Of a stretch of DNA of 64,000 bases, positions 29,984-48,018 are shown piece by piece. The notes below the pieces were generated by a model that was given only the letters and a program-made list of their open reading frames with translations, searched no databases and was not told where the DNA came from. Each line of letters begins with the position of its first letter. Positions within the stretch are counted from its first letter, which is position 1. The stretch comes from the human T2T-CHM13v2.0 reference genome, Homo sapiens. The stretch lies in NCBI RefSeq assembly GCF_009914755.1, contig NC_060941.1, one strand, 5' to 3'. Made by a program: the position numbers and the translations under genes.

Positions 29984-30361
29984 CTGCAGAAGGAGAAGGC
30001 AAGGTAGGGAGTATATCCCCATGTCTGTCCTAGGAACCAGAGAAAGGCTGTGAGGGTAACTGGGGTTGGGGTGAGCACTTGGGAGTGGATGAGAAAAGGG
30101 TGCCCGGGGGTCTGGGACATGAGTCCTGGGACAAATGACAAACAGCTGGCAGGTGGCTGGGGTGACTGGAGGAGACTAGAGGAGGAGTGGGGACCCTGGA
30201 AGGCTGAGAAAGGTTCCAGGTGGGCTGGGTTTCTAGCAGTAGTTGAGGGCAAAGGGGGTACATGGGCGTGTTCAGGTGACAGGTGTCTGGAACTATATGG
30301 GGGAGCAATGAGGCAGCAGAGAGGACATTGGGCAGGCTGGGAAGGAGCAGAGTGGCGGTAC

Positions 30362-30564
30362 CTGGGGGTTGACATCCAGCACGCACACCTTCCCAGCAGC
30401 GACCACGCCCCGGATGGAGTCAATACGTGTGCCATACAGGTTGCCCTCGTATTCGCCATGCTCCAGGTAGCGCCCAGCACGGACGTCAGCCTCCATCTCC
30501 CCACGGGACACAAAGCTGTAACCCTGACCTTCCCGCTCTGAGTCTTTCGGCCGCCGGGAGGTGT
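30362..30564 (-). CDS. MPP2: MPP2 exon (203 nt), GK domain: (Y)TSRRPKDSEREGQGYSFVS...EHGEYEGNLYGT...LDVNPQ
   Basis: Acceptor catccccctag and donor CAG|gtaccg. Contains the guanylate-kinase signature TSR..E..G..Y.F and YGT. Confidence 0.97.
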
Positions 30565-31270
30565 CTAGGGGGATGGGGGTAGGTTGGACCAAATGGGCAG
30601 GGGCAGGTTACAGTGCCTCAGACACATATATGCACCCCTACCCAGGCCCCCGTTTCCCAGCCTTGGAGGTGCAGTCTGCTCCCCATCTTGCCAGCACTGC
30701 TGCCTTTGCACACACCTGCCCCCCACTCTCCCCATTGGCACACACAGAGACATGAGCTGGTAATCATGGTCCAGCCCAGAGCCCACAGAAGAGAGGCTGA
30801 GGTCCAGAAAGGGCAATGTACAGCCCAAAGCCACACAGCAAGAGCCAAGCAGACCAGGGCAGTGCTCTTAGTCCTGCCTCTGGCAGCCAGGAGCTTCCAC
30901 CACCCCCGCTGTTTCTGCCACTAAGAAGCCCTGTCTTCCACAAGGCTACACACATGCAGCTCGTAGCCTGTTTCACCCGGGTGCACAGCTGGGCACTCAC
31001 TTTCTTCATGGCTTTTAGCAAGTGAAACAAGAGAAGGAAAGTGGACGCCAGCCCAGCCCGCTAGGCCACCTGTTGGCTGGACACCTCCCTCACCCTTCCT
31101 GAGCCTGAAGTTCCCCTAACCACCCACAGAGGGCGTGCACCCCAACCCGTGTACCCAAAGGTACCACCTGGCCTGGTGCCCATGAAGATGCCCATTCGGT
31201 GGGCCCAGCCCTGGCCCCAGGGGAGCCCTGCTCCTTGTCCCCAACTCAGCAGGGCCCAGCTCCCACTCAC

Positions 31271-31432
31271 AGGGCACCGTGGTGCCATAGCGATCTGGAT
31301 CCCACATGATGAGCTTGTTCTTCAGGCTGCGCCGTCCCACGCCCTGAGCCCCAATCAGTACCAGGGTTTTCCGGCGGAACGGGGGCATGCGGGCCACCTC
31401 CTCATAAATGAGCAGCTCATGACGGTCAAACT
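31271..31432 (-). CDS. MPP2: MPP2 exon (162 nt): (E)FDRHELLIYEEVARMPPFRRKTLVLIGAQGVGRRSLKNKLIMWDPDRYGTTVP
   Basis: Acceptor tgtgtccag and donor T|gtgagt. Has the YEEV strand, a degenerate P-loop GAQGVGR (no catalytic Lys) and Pro before YTSR, all typical of non-enzymatic MAGUK GK domains. Confidence 0.97.
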
Positions 31433-31669
31433 CTGGACACAGGGAGATGGCGCTGCTCACCAGGCTGCACGGTGAGGGAGGGGCGGAGCTCTCAGGGAGG
31501 CTGAGGGCAAGAGGGCTTGGAACAGGGGAGCAGGGGGGAGTCGGGCAGGGCCTAGGGACACGGCTGGCAGCATCTGAGCCAGGCACACGTCGTCACAGGT
31601 GATGGGTGGGGACAGGGAAAGGCATGCCATGTTAGAGGAGGGTAAGGGAGGGGGCGCTCTGATACCCAC

Positions 31670-31738
31670 CTGCATTCTTGGTGGTCAAATACATCATTCG
31701 CTTCTTTTTCTTTCCTGAAAGGCTGCCGCATAGGGTCC
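31670..31738 (-). CDS. MPP2: MPP2 exon (69 nt), basic HOOK region: (G)TLCGSLSGKKKKRMMYLTTKNA
   Basis: Acceptor cctatggccag and donor CAG|gtgggt; phase 1-1. Confidence 0.95.
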
Positions 31739-31823
31739 CTGGCCATAGGGAGATGGGTGAGTGAGGCAGACAGGGCCCTGTTGGATCCCAGATTGGAGGT
31801 GTGGGGTAGGGGGGACCTCCTAC

Positions 31824-31929
31824 CTGAGTTTGGTGTCAGCTCCAGGTCCCTCTTGACAAATGCTTTCCGCTTCTCCTCCAGCAGCTGGCTGGGAATGAGC
31901 CCAGCACTGCCCCCTTCGACATGGCATGC
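31824..31929 (-). CDS. MPP2: MPP2 exon (106 nt), SH3 C-terminal part: ACHVEGGSAGLIPSQLLEEKRKAFVKRDLELTPNS
   Basis: Acceptor tccgttttag and donor CAG|gtagga; SH3 GLIPS motif. Confidence 0.96.
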
Positions 31930-32037
31930 CTAAAACGGACATGAGACCAAGATCTGCCTGAGCAAGAGGACCCCTCCCTGTGCCCTCGCCCTCCCATGCA
32001 CCATACCTGGAGAGATGCGGGGGTGCCCGCAGCTCAC

Positions 32038-32169
32038 CTGCCACCAGTTGGCATCATCCTGGTTTACGATCTGGAGCAAGTCCCCGGCGTTGAAGCGCAG
32101 GCCTGCTTCCTTGCAGGGGATGAGGCTGTCTCGGGCCGGGTCATAGTCAAAGTGACATTTCACAAATAC
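32038..32169 (-). CDS. MPP2: MPP2 exon (132 nt), SH3 domain: [44 protein letters not shown]
   Basis: Acceptor cctgggcccag and donor CAG|gtgagc; SH3 motifs FDYD, GD.L and WW. Confidence 0.97.
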
Positions 32170-32863
32170 CTGGGCCCAGGAATCAGCAAAGGGTCGGGGG
32201 AAGGGTCAGCAGAAGGCTGCAGGTGGAGGTCTACCCCATGCCCCCTCTTTTCACAGAGACTAAGGGGCAATGGAACTGTCCCCCTGCAGGAGTGATGCCT
32301 CCAGGCCTGCCCATGCTCCTCCCTGGTGCCAACCTCCCTTTGCATCTAGTACTACAGGATTCAGATCTCAGGACCAAGGATGCGGGACCACCAAGTAGGG
32401 CACAGGACCCTGGCATCTAATCCTGGATCCCTCCCTCCACTCACCCTCTCCCCTTGGAGAAGGGCTCTGGTGGAGGGCGAGAGACCCAATAGGATAGGGA
32501 GACAGAGCAGCCACACCCCCAGAATTGACCAACCAGGAGACAGCTATCCAGGACATATGACAACCCCACCCTGCGCACGCGCACAAACGTGAAGAACGCT
32601 GACCATAATGCAGGCGCTCTCTCATACACTTGTACCCCAGGCTGTGGCTGCGTGCATAATACCAGCCAATGTGGGAGCATGTGCAGGTGCAGCAGCGGCA
32701 GAGGCCTGTCGGCGGCTGCGGTCAGCTGCCCCTGGGCTGCAGGTCCCACCCCCATCTTCCCTGGAGGAAACCAGTAGGAGAGGAGGGCCTCCGTGAGACC
32801 TGCAACCTTGACAGCCAGGAGGCTCAGCCATCCCTTGGGCCTTGTGCTGGGTGAGGGGCCCAC

Positions 32864-33091
32864 CTGGCGGGGCAGATGGGGCTCCTGGTAGCTGGGCAGG
32901 ATCTTGAGGATGACACTGCCACTGGCATTGCGCAGGAGCTCCTGCAGTGCGCGGGGGTCACTGCCCACTGGCTGCCCGTTCACCTCCTTGATGATGTCAC
33001 CCACATGCAGCAGGCCTTGCTGAGCCACCATGCCCCCATGCAGAATGCGCGCGATCACCAGCTCGCCGCCCTCCACGCGGAACGTTACACC
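32864..33091 (-). CDS. MPP2: MPP2 exon (228 nt), PDZ domain: GVTFRVEGGELVIARILHGGMVAQQGLLHVGDIIKEVNG...LPRQ
   Basis: Acceptor ctctgacctccag and donor CAG|gtgggc; PDZ motif G.L..GD.I.EVNG. Confidence 0.97.
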
Positions 33092-33482
33092 CTGGAGGTC
33101 AGAGGGAGTGTAAGATGAGGCCCCAATTGCTCCAAGTCAGAATCTTCAAATAGTCTCCTAATAGCTCCTCCATTCCTGTCCCTACCCACCCACCCCCACC
33201 CTCACAAAGTCCTCCTCCATCCTTCTGCCTAAATTCTTCACTTACAGCAGGTACTAATGAGGGGAGAGGTGGGCAGACTGGAGAGGTGCGGACACAGGTG
33301 TGTGTGCAGTGTCTATGGTCTCCTGGGTCTTCCCCCGACCCTTTGCTGCATCGATCCTTCCCTGCACAAAGCTGGCCCCATCTTCATCTTCAGACCACAC
33401 TTGGCCTTTTTTGTCCGTTCATTGGTTATTCTCAATCCCCCCACCCTCACCAGCACCACCTCTGGCCCTGCCCAGTCCTCAC

Positions 33483-33632
33483 CAGATGTTCTCCGGCTGT
33501 CTTGCGGATGCCCACCATGCGCACAGCATCGGGAGGTACAGGCTGGTTGCTGAACGTAGGGTCCAGGCCAGGGCTGGGGGGTGGTGTCTCATAGGTCTTT
33601 GAGGCCACAGAGTCGTGCGTCTCCAGGAGGGA
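33483..33632 (-). CDS. MPP2: MPP2 exon (150 nt), end of second L27 and start of PDZ: SLLETHDSVASKTYETPPPSPG...VRMVGIRKTAGEHL
   Basis: Acceptor caccccccag and donor CTG|gtgagg; phase 0-0. Confidence 0.96.
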
Positions 33633-33782
33633 CTGGGGGGTGGTGGGAAGAGAAGGGACAATGGGGCAGTGTCCCGGGTCTCTTCCCATCCCAGATCCAA
33701 CTTCCTGCTGGCCCATCCAACAGCAGCATGCCCCAGTCCACCCACCTCCTGCTCCCTCACCCCAGCCCTAGCAGCCAGGAAC

Positions 33783-33935
33783 CTGGAAGTGGGGCTCCTG
33801 GAGGATGTGGGCCAGCTCGGCGGCTGTGCTGCTCTGCTCAGCCAGCTGCGCCAGGTCCCGCAGGATCTCCTGCACCAGCTCCAGGTTGTTGTCTCTCACG
33901 GCCTCCAGCTTCGTCTCCTCCAGCCTCTCATGGGC
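33783..33935 (-). CDS. MPP2: MPP2 exon (153 nt), L27 domains: AHERLEETKLEAVRDNNLELVQEILRDLAQLAEQSSTAAELAHILQEPHFQ
   Basis: Acceptor ttccacccccag and donor CAG|gttcct; L27 motif EL..IL..PHF. Confidence 0.95.
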
Positions 33936-34599
33936 CTGGGGGTGGAAGCAGAACAGGTGGGGCTAGGAGCTTCCCCAGGAGCCCTGGGACACCAAGCAGG
34001 GTCCTCCCTCAGCCCCCAGGCATTTTCCCCATCCCACCCCCCAGCCCCCAGCTTCAGCTCCTCACTCACTGACAATCATACCCACACGTGCACATGCATT
34101 CCTTGCTGTCTCCTTTCTTCCCCAAAATTACTAGGACCTAGTTTAGGGAAGGAAGAAACCAAAGGACAAACCTTCCTTTCCATCCCCTTGCCACAGAGGG
34201 TCATTAGAAGTTACCAAATTGTCCCCAGCTCCCAGGACCCTATATGCATTGGCGTTCAAAGACGGCTTCTTCCACCAGACATCATGGTTGGGTGGGGCCT
34301 TGAAGACCCTGAAGCCCAGGATGAGGAAATTAGGGAGGTAGAATAACTTTCCCAGGGTCAATGGGACTTGAACTTGCGTCTCCAGGCCCTCAACTCAGTG
34401 TTCCCAGCGAATGAGGGGACAGGAAATCAGAACACGGTGCCAGGAGCAGGCCCTGCACCTATTTGTTGCTCTGCTGGCTCCGGGCTCCATACCAAGGAGC
34501 GCTGAAAACAGAAAAGGAATCCTTCGCCAGTGACCAGCCCAGTGGGGAGTGTTAGGTTAGATGGGTCAGGAAGAAAAGAATTCCATTTCAATAATATAT

Positions 34600-38640
<4,041 letters not shown>

Positions 38641-39825
38641 AATAGAAAATTTGTTTAGCCATGAGATGGTGAGATTTGAGTAATACTTCATAAGACTGCT
38701 GTGAGGATTTGGTGAGATGGACATAGTGCCTGGCAGACAGCAGGTGCTCAATAAAGGTTAGATGCTTTCTGCCTTCTCTTTTCCCAAACAGGCCAGGGAA
38801 CAGCACCCCACATGGCCCCACAGCCTCCCATACCATCCTCTGCCGGGTGGGCAGCATTTTAGACTGACATCCACAACCTACTGGGGAAACAGACAACTGA
38901 TGGGGCAGAGGAGTAGCATTTGGGGAAAGGAACAAGCCCCAGAGGGCTGGTCTTCCACAGACCCCTATGTGACTTTCAGTCATTTAGCTTGGCCCAGCCT
39001 ATGGAGCCCCAGAGTGAGGGAGGCGTCCCAGCTCTGGCTCTATTACCCTGTGCCTAGGACAATGTTGGAATCAAAGCCCAAATAACTGAGTGTCAAGAAT
39101 AAACAATGGCACTCAGGCAGCAACAATCTCACCATGGCAACCCTTGCATGGCTCTTTTGGGTTAACAGGAGCCAGCTCTGGCACAGGTGTCCTGATGTGA
39201 GCATTAGAGAAGTCACTCATTTTGACTTTAGCACTATCTGGTCCACGGATGGAGGACAAGTTTTCCGAGGAGACGTGTGTGATCAAGGGGGAAGCCAGGG
39301 TGCCTCCTAAGCTGCTTACCTCCTATCTTTGACTTAATGACATTCCCACCATGGGCTAATCCATTCCTCCTCCTGTGGCCACCCCTGGACGTTTTATACC
39401 CACAGATATGAAAGCACAGCTCTCCAAGCTCAACCTCATAGCCCAGAGGAAACTTTAAACATTTAATCATTCAAATACAAAACCAACAATTCAGTAGGCT
39501 GAACAAATAATTTTTTTTTTTTTTAGACGGAGTCTCACTCTGTAGCCCAAATTGGAGTGCAGTGGCACAATCTTGGCTCACTGCAACCTCCACTTCCTGG
39601 GCTCAAAAATTCTTGTGCTTCAACCTCCCGAACAGCTGGGACTACAGGCACGCGCCACCACCCCTGGCTAATTTTTTATACTTCAGTTGAGATGAGGTTT
39701 CACCATGTTGCCCAGGCTAGTCACAAACTCCTGAGCTCAGGTGATCTGCCTGCCTCGGCCTCCCAAAGTGCTGGAATTACAGGCGTGAGCCACCACACCT
39801 GGCCTAAATTAGATTTTTTAAATGA

Positions 39826-40104
<279 letters not shown>

Positions 40105-40350
40105 TAATTTTGTATTTTTAGTAGAGACGGGGTTTCTCCATGTTGGTGAGGCTGGCCTTGAACTCCAGACCTCAGGTGATCCGCCCGGCTCAGCCTCCCA
40201 AAGTGCTGGGATTACAGGCATGAGCCACCATGCCCAGCTGAAAGCACCATCTTGATTTAGTGTGTTTGTCATTCCCTGGCTTCCCAGTTAAAGAGTTGTA
40301 ATGTGTCTGTATGTATTCTACATACTTCTGAAATTCTGAAATGAATATAG

Positions 40351-40588
<238 letters not shown>

Positions 40589-41229
40589 TAGCCAGGATGG
40601 TCTCGATCTCCTGAACTGGTGATCCACCCACCTCGGCCTCCCAAAGTGCTGGGATTACAGGCGTGAGCCACCGCACCCGGCCGTATTTTCTATGACATAA
40701 AAAAAGGGGGGAATCATGATTTTATCCATCCCTGGGGTCTGATTTTTTTTCACTTAACATTAAGTGAACAATTATTTCCCTTACTACTTTTTTACTCACT
40801 ATTATTTTGCTAAGACTTATTCTTCTTTTTCATGTTAAGTGACACATGGCCCAGAACTAGAAGAGTGATTTGAATTTCTGTGGTAGCCATTCATTTCATT
40901 CTGCTCTGAAAATTATCCTCAGCAAAGCAGGGGCTCAAGCTCATGGTAGACCAGAAGCTTAAGTGGGAGACACAGCTAGTTTATAGTGGCACCAGCCTGC
41001 ACTCTGTTCTGTTTGCTCCCAATCCAGAGCTGTAGCAGGCTGCAAATGCAAACACTACACAGTCATTTCACTGAAAAGTTTTCCCTCTGCCCTCCACTCC
41101 AACCCCCCGATCATGGCAAAAGACAGGGAATTCCTATTTGAAGCCCTGGTTCATAATTAAATAGTTAAATTAAAAGATGTCCCAGAGAGTAGTGTGTCAG
41201 AAAGTAAAGGAACTCTTTAATCTGGGTTT

Positions 41230-41602
41230 GACAGATGTGACTTGCTTTAGCCAATGGGCCATTATCAAATGTGAGCAGAGGCTTAGAAAGTGCTTGTGAC
41301 TGGAGGCTTGTCCTTCCTTGCTTGTGAGACTACCATGTGAAGGTGGCTGAGGATGAGAGACCCTCCTAGAGGATGAGAGACCACATGGAAAGGGGGTCTG
41401 GCCATCCCAGACATTGCAGTTTTCCCAGCTAAGACACCAGACATGTGAGTGAGGCCATCCCGGACCACCCAGCCCCAGCTAAGCAAGCCCAGGCCAGAAG
41501 AACCACCCAACCAACCCACAAAATCAGGGGAATTAAATCACAGTTGTTTTAAGCCACGACACAGCACGATGGTTTGTTACACAGCAAAAGTGAACTGATA
41601 CA
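41230..41602 (+). mobile_element. MaLR MLT1-type LTR
   Basis: gtgacttgctttagccaatg ... ccagacatgtgagtgaggccatc ... gttgttttaagccac ... gtttgttacacagcaa..aactgataca. Confidence 0.72.
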
Positions 41603-41890
41603 CTGGCCTCACCACTACACCCTCTGCTTGTCATGTCCCCTTGTCAGAGCCCCTATCTTAGTGACCTCCCTAGACCTTTATTCTTCTAGGGCCCTGTCTT
41701 GCTTTCCCAGGTCTTCCACCCTAGCCTCCCCACAGAACAAGAGGCCTCCCTGTGAACTCTAGTCTGAAGCTAAGATTATAACAACTCTTCCTGATTCAAA
41801 AATCACTTCTGGCCGGGGTGGCTCATGCCTGTAATTCCTGCACTTTGGGAGGAGGCCGAGGTGGGTGGATCACCTGAGGTCAGGAGTTCA

Positions 41891-42169
<279 letters not shown>

Positions 42170-43555
42170 TCAAAAGAAATAACTGGGCTGGGCATGGTGG
42201 CTCACACCTGTAATCCTAGCACTTTAGGAAGCCAGGGTGGGAGGATCACTTGAGCTCAGGAGTTCAAGACCAGCCTGGGCAACACGGTGAGACCTCACCT
42301 TTCTTTTAAAATAAATACATAAAGAAATATTAATTTTTTAAAAATTCCTCCATAAGAAATAACTGAAGTTCAGAGAGGTTGACAGATATACCAAACTCAC
42401 AAAGCTGGTCAGTGGAATCTTCTGACTCCAAGCCCTGTGTTCTTTCTTCTTCATCTCATGTGAATTAGTTCACAACAGCCTTCACATGCCTCTCAGCTGT
42501 CCCCATTAGTAACAATTTTTCTGAATTTCTGAATGTCCCCTGCCTTGGATTCCTCACCTTGGCCTTGTCTGTAGCTGGAACACCTGCTACTGGATCCATG
42601 TCAGCCGTCCCAGATGCCAGCCACCTGCCAGGGCCGCCACTTGCTGTGTGCAGCCAACCGCCTGGACTTCTGATCTCTCTGCCAGACTTGACTTCCCTTA
42701 GGGCCTTTAACCCTCTGGGTTTGTATCCTCAGGCCCTGTCCCTCCCTGGTCCCAGATCTACCCAGCCTGGCCCCTCCTACACTGTCTGCCACATCCCCAG
42801 ACAGAGTCAAGCCCAGCTCCACAGCGTAAGGGAGGGAGGCCAACAGCTACCACATGTGGCTCCAATCTGATTTCATTCCTGTGGGTTTCTGGGCCACTTC
42901 ACGAAGTTTTTGCAGCTGGATCTTTGATCACAGTGCTTTGTCTATTAGGTTAGAAATTTGTCTGTGTACACATAATGATTAAAATTGGTGAGAAGGAGGA
43001 AGTAGGTCCCATTGTCCAATGCAGGGAGCTCTGAGAGACACTGTCTTTGATGAGAGGAGTGGCAAATTTACATTGCAAAGGCTCACCCATACAAGGACAG
43101 AAGAAATGAATGGCTTTTTTTTTTCCAGTGGGCTCAGGTAGGCTCCTTTATGGAGATTCACTTCCTGTTTGTTTCACAACCACAGGGAGAAAGAAGTTAC
43201 TGGATTGCCTTAGCCCATTAGCCTCATACTGGGGGTCTCAGAGGGGAAGAAACGTCCATACTCTCTTCTATTGTGCTCTACAAATCCGGAACCATACCAG
43301 GAATTTCTTGGAAAAAATCCTGACCAGCTTCTCGCCAAAAACGTTTCCAGAGAAGGGAGTTTACTTACAATGTGACACAGCACATTGGTTCATTCTCAAT
43401 TAGGCTTTACTGTGAGGTCCCAGGACTGGGGCATTGTGGTGTCCAGTGAAAGGAAGACAGACTTGGGCTTCTTCAGGAAAACAAACTATCTGGCAGTTCA
43501 CTGCCATAACCCCAGCACTGTGCCTGGTATGTGGCGAGTGCAAAATAGGTATTTG

Positions 43556-43588
43556 ATGGATGGATGGATGGATGGATGGATGGATGGA
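43556..43588. repeat. (GATG)n tetranucleotide microsatellite, about 8 units
   Basis: Read directly from the sequence. Confidence 0.9.
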
Positions 43589-44055
43589 CAAATGAGTGAA
43601 TGACATAGCCAGCCAGCCAGCAAACCCATCATTAGAGAGCTGTCGAGTGGACTGTCGAGTGGACTGGACCAGAGAGGAATGCTATCAAGGGGGACCCTGC
43701 TTTGAAGGGTATTGGCAAGAGGGCTGTCTCATTCTGAGACTCTGCCATCACAAAGCAGAGTCTCACTGTCTCACTGTGGAGACAATAGCTAAAGTACCCA
43801 GAGGTGATGTGGGCTCATAAACCCAACTCTGAAATCAATTTTGGAAAGTTACAGATGTTGAGGTTCAAAACTGCACATATTCATCAATTTCATTGCCAAG
43901 TGTCCATTCTAGAGAAACCCTCATATGCATGCAGAAGCAGATGGATATGAGGATGTTCACTGCAGCACTGTTTTTAAGACAGCAAAATCAGCAGTGACAT
44001 ACACATCTCTCAGGAAGGGAACCAATAAACAAACAGCTCTATTCATATATTAGAA

Positions 44056-44385
44056 CAGGGGTCCCCAACCCCCAAGCCATGGACCAGTAGTGATCCGTGG
44101 CCTGTTAGGAAGTAGGTGAACAGCAGGAGGTGAGCAAGCATTACTGCCTGAGCTCCACCTCCTGTCAGATCAGTGGTGGCATTAGATTCTCACAGGGGCA
44201 CCAACCCTACCGTGAACTGCACGTGCCAGGGATCTAGGTTGTGTGCTCCTTATGAGAAGTCTAACAAATGCCTGATGATCTGAGTGGAACAGTTGCATAC
44301 CAAAACCACCCCCCTCACCCTGATCCGTGGAAAAATTGTCTTCCACAAAACTGGTCCCTGGTGCCAAAAAGGTTGGGGACTGCTG
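44056..44385 (+). mobile_element. MER1B-type hAT-Charlie DNA transposon
   Basis: TIRs caggggtccccaacc / ggttggggactgctg and an 8-bp TSD tattagaa/tatcagaa. Confidence 0.85.
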
Positions 44386-44502
44386 TATCAGAACACCACA
44401 CCGCAGTTCAAATGAATCTCCCTATCTCTATCTATATCTATACTTAGGTCGATAGCTGTACTACTTGTATGAAATAGAAATCTCAAAAACAGAAGCACCT
44501 TA

Positions 44503-44604
<102 letters not shown>

Positions 44605-44724
44605 TCATGAGGTCAGGAGTTCAAGACCAGCCTGGCCAATATGGTGAAACCCTGTCTCTACTAAAAAAAAAAAAAAAAATACAAAAATGGCCAGGTGCGG
44701 TGGCTCACACCTATAATCCCATCA

Positions 44725-45219
<495 letters not shown>

Positions 45220-47865
45220 TCATGCCTATAATCCCAGTGCTTTGGGAGGCTGAGAGGATTACTTGAGGCCAGGAGTTTGAGACTAGCCTGGACAATGTAG
45301 CAAGACCCTGCCTCTACAAAAAAATTTAAAGATTAGCCAGGCATGGTGGTACATATTTGTAGCCCCAGTTACTCAGGAGGCTAAGGCAGGAGGATCATTT
45401 GAGCCCAGGAGTTCCAGGCTGCAGTGAGCTATAATTGTTCCACTGTACTCCAACCTGGGAGATGGAATAAGACTCTGTCTAAAAAAAAATCCCACAAAGG
45501 TATATTGTTTACAGCTAAACACATATGTAGGCAAGATAAGCCAACATTCAATGAAATGACATCAATCTCTAGGCAGTGGTTACCTGTGGGAAGGGAATGC
45601 AGTGAAAATGAGGAAGGGGAGAGGCATTAACTGTGCCAAACTTTTTATTTATTTATTTATTTTTTTTTTTGAGACAGTGTCTCACTCGGTCACCCAGGCT
45701 GGACTGTAGTGGCATGATCATGGCTCATTGTAGCCTCGACCTACCCAGCTCAAGCAACTCTCCTGCCTCAGCCTCTTGAGTAGTTGGGACTACAGGTGAA
45801 TGCCACCATGCTTAGCTAATTCTATTTTTTTATAGAGACAGGATTTCACCATGTTGATCAGGCTGGTCTTGAAATCCTGAGCTCAAATGATCCACCCACC
45901 TTGGTCTCCCAAAGTGCTGGGACTAAAGCTGTAAGCCACACCGTGCCGTGTGCCTCATACTTTTTATTTCTTAAGAAGAAATGGCAAGAGTCAAAACAAA
46001 CATTATTAACATTTTGGAGATGGGTACTCAGGAGTTTGTTATTTTTTTATGCTCTTTTGTATTTATTCATTCAACAAATATTCAGTGAGCACCTACTATG
46101 TGTCAGGCATTTTGTAGGCTCTGGGGATACTGCAGTGAATCAAAAAGACAAACATTCCTGCCTTCATGGAAGTCTCTATGTTTGAAATGTGTATAATTGT
46201 TATTATTTATTTACTTATTTATTGAAGACGAGCTCTCACTATGTTACATGAACTGCACTTGAGCTTCTTGGCCTCAAGCAATGCTCTCACCTCAGCCTCC
46301 AGAGTAGCTGGGACTACAGGTGCATGCCCCTACTCCCAGCTTCTTGTCTTTATCTTTAGTAAATGAGTAGGATCTTCGATTGCTGAATGAAAAGCACCCT
46401 GCCTTTCTCCAATCTCCTCCAATCTGCTCAGTTTTCTCTTCCCCAGAACTTCCCACTATTAAACCTCTGCAACTTTTCATCTTTCGCTGTTAACAATCTT
46501 CCCAAGTCTTCAACCATTCCACAGATAATGTGAATAGGCTACAACCCAAGGACATGGTGTCCCCTGCAGCAGCAATCCCCACTCCAGTGGGACGTGGTCC
46601 TCCACATCCCATGCCAGGGCCAGCCATAGCCAGCCTGTGACAGAGTCCCCGCTCTACAGAAAACCCACCACCTGGCTGTACCTTCTTTCTCCCTACCCTT
46701 GCTGTCATTGCCGACTTCCTGGTCACCTCCACCACCATGCACTGAAAACCCTGGGGACTGCCTCAGTCTTCTCCCCACCCTGACGCCTGCCATAGCCCTA
46801 CATGCCAATAGGTGTGTGGACAAGCCCATCCCACTCCTGAGCCTTCCATTTCTGGGTGTCTTCAACACTGATGACCTACCTGTCCACTGCAGCCCCACCC
46901 TACATTATCATGGCATCCCTAGAACTGTCCTCCTTGGAAAACTTTCACCTCCTACCTCCCTTCCTCTGACCTTGGTCTTTTTCTCTTCCATCTATATCCC
47001 TACCATCACCCCTCAAATACTCTGTGACCTCAGAGAGCCACCGAGCCTTCACCTCCATTTTCTCCCTGTTCTGCCTCTTTCCAGCCTGGGCCTCTTTTCT
47101 CTGAGCCTCTCTCACCAGCTCCCTTCACAATTCCCTGCATCCGACTTCCACAGCCCCAGGCCAGCACGTGCCCTGGACCAAAGCCCCCGCTCCTTTCTCT
47201 TCCTCTCTGGATGGAGTCACCCCCACCCTGGGAAATCGGGCACCTGACATGGACAGTCGAGGTCCCCATCCATTTAATTCCTTCTCCCTTTCAGTGACCA
47301 GTCAAACCTTCCCTTCTGAATCTTCCTGCTCCATCTCTGATCCCTAATTCCCAGGAGAGGACTGCTCCACCTTCACCAAGAAATCTGAGCAATTAGGTCT
47401 GATTTCCCACAGCTCCCAGCCTTGCCTCCAACGCAGCCATGGGCACCATCCCCACCTCCCCCCCTCAGGAGAGGGGGCATCCTTCCACACTCCCTGGGGC
47501 AGGATCCCAGGTGCCTTACTGTACCCTAGCCCTTACTGCCAAACACCAAGTTCCACCAGTTTACCCTAAGGTCTGGGACCACAGCTCCATTTCAGGCTCT
47601 CAGCATCTTATACTCAATCCACTGAAGAGCCACTAACTGGCCTCTCCAACTTCAGATATAACCCCCCAACAGTCCTCCACATGGCTGCCAAAACACCCAC
47701 ATTTGGCCATCATATCCCTGCTTAAATAATGTAAAGCCTGCCAGGCACAGTGGCTCATGCCTGTAATCCCAGCACTTTGGAAGGCTGAGGCAGGCAGATC
47801 ACCTGAGGTCAGGAATTGGAGACCAGCCTGACCAACATGGAGAAACCCCATCTCTACTAAAACTA

Positions 47866-48018
<153 letters not shown>

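Noticed and set aside
33581-34346. 243-aa and 163-aa + strand ORFs
   Set aside because: Antisense shadows of GC-rich MPP2 exons and introns, with no recognisable domain or splice support.
43640-43669. 12-bp tandem duplication ctgtcgagtgga
   Set aside because: Isolated slippage duplication deep in an intron with no functional cue.
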